A DNA stretch of 58,149 bases, from positions 1 to 58,149 of the IMG/VR virus record IMGVR_UViG_3300034351_000038. One strand, written 5' to 3'. Below the pieces are notes generated by a model. That model was not told the origin of the DNA, made no database searches, and saw only the letters and a program-made list of their open reading frames with translations. This DNA is from a virus (Duplodnaviria; Caudoviricetes). Below, in pieces: positions 55,509 to 58,149 of the stretch (the stretch's first letter is position 1; each line of letters starts with the position of its first letter). The position numbers were made by a program, and so were the translations under genes.

Positions 55509-55896
55509 CAAAGATCTCGAAAAAGGTGATAGGGTAATGCTGCTGCAGTCTACTAAGTGGCTTATGAATATTCGTAATCCACTTGGGGTAATTGGAACTG
55601 TTAGAGGCGAAGACGATGAAGGTTGGATTTACGTCCGTTGGGATAACAGAGAAAAGAATAATTACGAGGGGATACATAGTGATTTGGTTGAGGTAATAGA
55701 GATTAAATCAAATGAAGATTTGTGGAAGGGCGATCGGGTGATGATGTTATCTTCTCTTAGAAGCTATTATCAATTGGGAATAGTTGGAACGGTTGACGAG
55801 ATTAAGAAAGATACAGTGCTAGTAAAATGGGATAATGGGGTTAACTATAGCTACATCAAAGAGCACAACAACCTGGTAATTGTGGCTGTTGAGTGA
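55498..55896 (+). CDS. SH3-like paralog 9, two domains
   Basis: Motif twice. Confidence 0.8.
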   Translation: MMSNKDLEKGDRVMLLQSTKWLMNIRNPLGVIGTVRGEDDEGWIYVRWDNREKNNYEGIHSDLVEVIEIKSNEDLWKGDRVMMLSSLRSYYQLGIVGTVDEIKKDTVLVKWDNGVNYSYIKEHNNLVIVAVE

Positions 55897-56125
55897 ATGT
55901 CATGACAGATGTACAGGTTAAGAGGTGATAAGATATGAGTTCAGAGGATCTGTTTATAGCCGTATTCTTTTTAGCAGTAATGTTATTGGGTTTATACGTA
56001 AGTGGCTTGGTGGTATGGGCGTTCACTTTGGCGCTCAATTGACGCACCCTCCCCGCGTCGTAAGTTAACCTAATGAATGAATGTCAAGTGCAAATATTCC
56101 ACACAGAACCACTTAAGAGGTATAT

Positions 56126-56467
56126 ATGAGTCACATAGCTCCAGGAACAAAATGCGTAATCGTAGGGTGCGTTCGTGCTAACGAAGGTATGGTCGTAACA
56201 GTCGTCTCTCAGGCAAACGACTGGTCTGAATGTGCTACCTGCGGGCATGATATCGGGTACATGATCGATAAGACCTTGCCAGAGTATGGTAGCAACGTAA
56301 TCAATGGATCGCGCTTGCAGCCTCTCAATGGCGACGAGGAGAGGGACAGTAGCGAGACAGACAGGGAGAGGGATAAGCCAGTGTCTATCAGCCTCTCGGA
56401 CATCATCAAACAAATGAACCCCGCTGATTTTGAGCACGAAGAGACAGGAGAAGAAGTCTATGGATAA
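56126..56467 (+). CDS. hypothetical protein (KOW/SH3-like N-terminus, CxxC, acidic tail)
   Basis: GAGG SD; PG....IV....N.G.VV.V...RL.PL. Confidence 0.6.
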   Translation: MSHIAPGTKCVIVGCVRANEGMVVTVVSQANDWSECATCGHDIGYMIDKTLPEYGSNVINGSRLQPLNGDEERDSSETDRERDKPVSISLSDIIKQMNPADFEHEETGEEVYG

Positions 56468-56660
56468 CAAGCGCAATATGAACTACGAGCAAGCCAAAGC
56501 GGCGGCAAAAGCACTTGAGCAGGAACTGGAATCTAAAAAGTGGCATGTCGTAGTAAAAGAAGAAAAGGATAAACGTGTGATTACCGTGCAGGGTAGGTCA
56601 TATTTATCATACGGGGGGAACCTTCAGCAGAGTTTCCCGTATATCTGGGAGGTGGTTTAG
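56460..56660 (+). CDS. small protein, tandem paralog A
   Basis: AGGAG SD; MDNK..M.YE.A..AA.ALEQ..ES..WHVVV...VQG.SY..YGG.LQ.SFPYI. Confidence 0.7.
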   Translation: MDNKRNMNYEQAKAAAKALEQELESKKWHVVVKEEKDKRVITVQGRSYLSYGGNLQQSFPYIWEVV

Positions 56661-56661
56661 T

Positions 56662-56850
56662 ATGGATAACAAGCACAGTATGACCTATGAAGAAGCCAGG
56701 TTTGCAGCACGTGCACTCGAACAGGATATGGAGTCTAGGGGGTGGCACGTCGTGGTGGGGGATAATAGGGAACGTCGCGAGATCTTTGTCCAGGGTAGCT
56801 CATATTCGCCATACGGTGGGTCACTGCAACGTAGCTTCCCGTACATCTGA
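56662..56850 (+). CDS. small protein, tandem paralog B
   Basis: GGAGG SD; same pattern as paralog A. Confidence 0.7.
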   Translation: MDNKHSMTYEEARFAARALEQDMESRGWHVVVGDNRERREIFVQGSSYSPYGGSLQRSFPYI

Positions 56851-56865
56851 GGAGAGTATTTTAGA

Positions 56866-57069
56866 ATGTCAGATATACATTATTTACTTATGTTTTGTGC
56901 TGTGCTCTCAGTGGTGTGTGCTGCTATCGTGACACTAGTTCACCCGCTTGAGGAAATTTCCAAGTGGAAAGGAGGGTGTGCGATATTGGTTGTTTTGTTC
57001 GAATGTATGTCGGTGGCCATTGCTCTGGTTGTGATTTATATCGTCTACTTGGTATCGACTGGAGGGTGA
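56866..57069 (+). CDS. small membrane protein
   Basis: GAGGAG SD; 2 TM. Confidence 0.6.
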   Translation: MSDIHYLLMFCAVLSVVCAAIVTLVHPLEEISKWKGGCAILVVLFECMSVAIALVVIYIVYLVSTGG

Positions 57070-57073
57070 ATAC

Positions 57074-57337
57074 ATGTCATATCTAGTTTCAACCCCTGTG
57101 TTTGGTTTTGGGATCCTACTAATTTCATGTGGCATTTGGGGATCCCTGAGTTATAGTAAGAATTGGGACACCACAAAGCGACATAAGAGAATCGCCCTCA
57201 TATTCCTATTAGTGGAAGGTGGGTTACTCACAGCGTTCTCGTATCCCTTCTTCTCAGATGCTTTTTTTAATGGAATGTTGGTAGGCCAGATATATGTGGT
57301 TTTGTGGTCTTCATATAAGGAAAGAGTGAATCAATGA
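57074..57337 (+). CDS. small membrane protein
   Basis: GGAGG SD; 3 hydrophobic segments. Confidence 0.6.
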   Translation: MSYLVSTPVFGFGILLISCGIWGSLSYSKNWDTTKRHKRIALIFLLVEGGLLTAFSYPFFSDAFFNGMLVGQIYVVLWSSYKERVNQ

Positions 57338-57513
57338 TTTTAATGTACACATTAGTGTTTTTTATATCAACCCTCACAGAGCTATTCCAACCGATAGCTT
57401 CAGTTGTCCTAGAAAACCTCTCAGCGGAGTGTTACATCTGGCTGGGGATTTCAATCGCAGTAGCCATCGCCCAGGGGTGTGTGGTTTGTTTTTATAACGT
57501 AATTGAAGGATGA
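57334..57513 (+). CDS. small membrane protein, not in ORF track
   Basis: Manual translation MILMYTLVFF...; ATGA overlap. Confidence 0.45.
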   Translation: MILMYTLVFFISTLTELFQPIASVVLENLSAECYIWLGISIAVAIAQGCVVCFYNVIEG

Positions 57514-57727
57514 AATTATGAGAAATATTATGAAAGAAATCATGAAAGATTTTATGTCCGCATTAGTATTTTCTATACTGGTTTTCATGGGGATCGCACA
57601 GATGGTCCTTACCCTTGCGTTTGCTGGAGCAAACGTGTCTGAAGATCCATTTTGGTTGGTGTCTTTTGTTGCGATAGCATTCACGCAAATTTGTGTACTT
57701 GGTTTATATTTATATTGTAGGAAATAG
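57503..57727 (+). CDS. small membrane protein (start uncertain)
   Basis: 2 TM; several in-frame ATGs in a 12-nt periodic stretch. Confidence 0.55.
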   Translation: MKDEIMRNIMKEIMKDFMSALVFSILVFMGIAQMVLTLAFAGANVSEDPFWLVSFVAIAFTQICVLGLYLYCRK

Positions 57728-58065
57728 TTTTTAGTTGTTGGGTAATTATAGTGACAATGGTAAAATGACTGTAGGTTTGGGGGAAAGGTGGTTCATTAGT
57801 AAATGATAAAAGGAATTTATGACGGCATAAAAAAGATCGATGAATGCCAACAGTATAGGTACGGCGTTGGTAGGTTACCTGTAACCCAGCGGACAAAATT
57901 CAACTAGATGAACATGTTATCAGTTAGAATTAAATGTCAAAAATTGAGGTACCCCCCCTCGCGGGGCCCTGGGGGAGAAAAAGCGACCGAGCGAATATCA
58001 GGTAGCTTGATAAAGACCCTTTTTGAGTGAAACAGCGATTTCGAGACAGAATGTGAATACTGTAA

Positions 58066-58095
58066 GTATATGATATATAATATATATATATATAT
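58066..58095. repeat. (TA)n-rich tract
   Basis: TATATGATATATAATATATATATATATT. Confidence 0.75.
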
Positions 58096-58149
58096 TCTTA
58101 CCTATACACTACACTAGCCATACATATGCCATTGGCATTCCTGACTATT

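Noticed and set aside
51675-55896. Diversity-generating retroelement or shufflon as the source of the array
   Set aside because: No reverse transcriptase or site-specific recombinase recognised; differences are not adenine-specific and there are no inverted cassettes.

Overview
This window looks like an essentially complete ~58 kb tailed-phage genome, siphovirus-like and apparently lytic (no integrase or repressor recognised). The host is probably a gammaproteobacterium, an inference from CsrA, ThyA and sigma70-like promoters. Layout: RusA and a GC-richer minus-strand cassette of micro-genes (1-2.8 kb); a G/C-run region before the terminase genes; head, holin, putative head-decoration, neck and RcGTA-type tail genes (3.1-26.9 kb, +); a minus-strand replication/nucleotide block with MazG-like, CsrA, DnaE, DnaQ, SF2 helicase, Cas4-like nuclease, SSB, AAA ATPase, endolysin, T5 A1-like nuclease, class II RNR and tRNA-Pro (26.9-41.4 kb); a plus-strand block with primase-helicase, HslV-like protease, dCMP deaminase, ThyA and accessory genes (41.6-57.7 kb). 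Two candidate undescribed systems stand out. (1) A phage csrA gene together with two canonical AAGGAY-hexaloop hairpins in the holin leader, one of which is mutually exclusive with a hairpin that hides the ribosome-binding site; this suggests a Csr-controlled lysis switch. (2) An array of nine paralogous genes carrying 16 copies of a MIB/HERC2- or DUF4314-like SH3-type domain with variable loops. All family assignments are from motif recognition by eye; no database searches were run.
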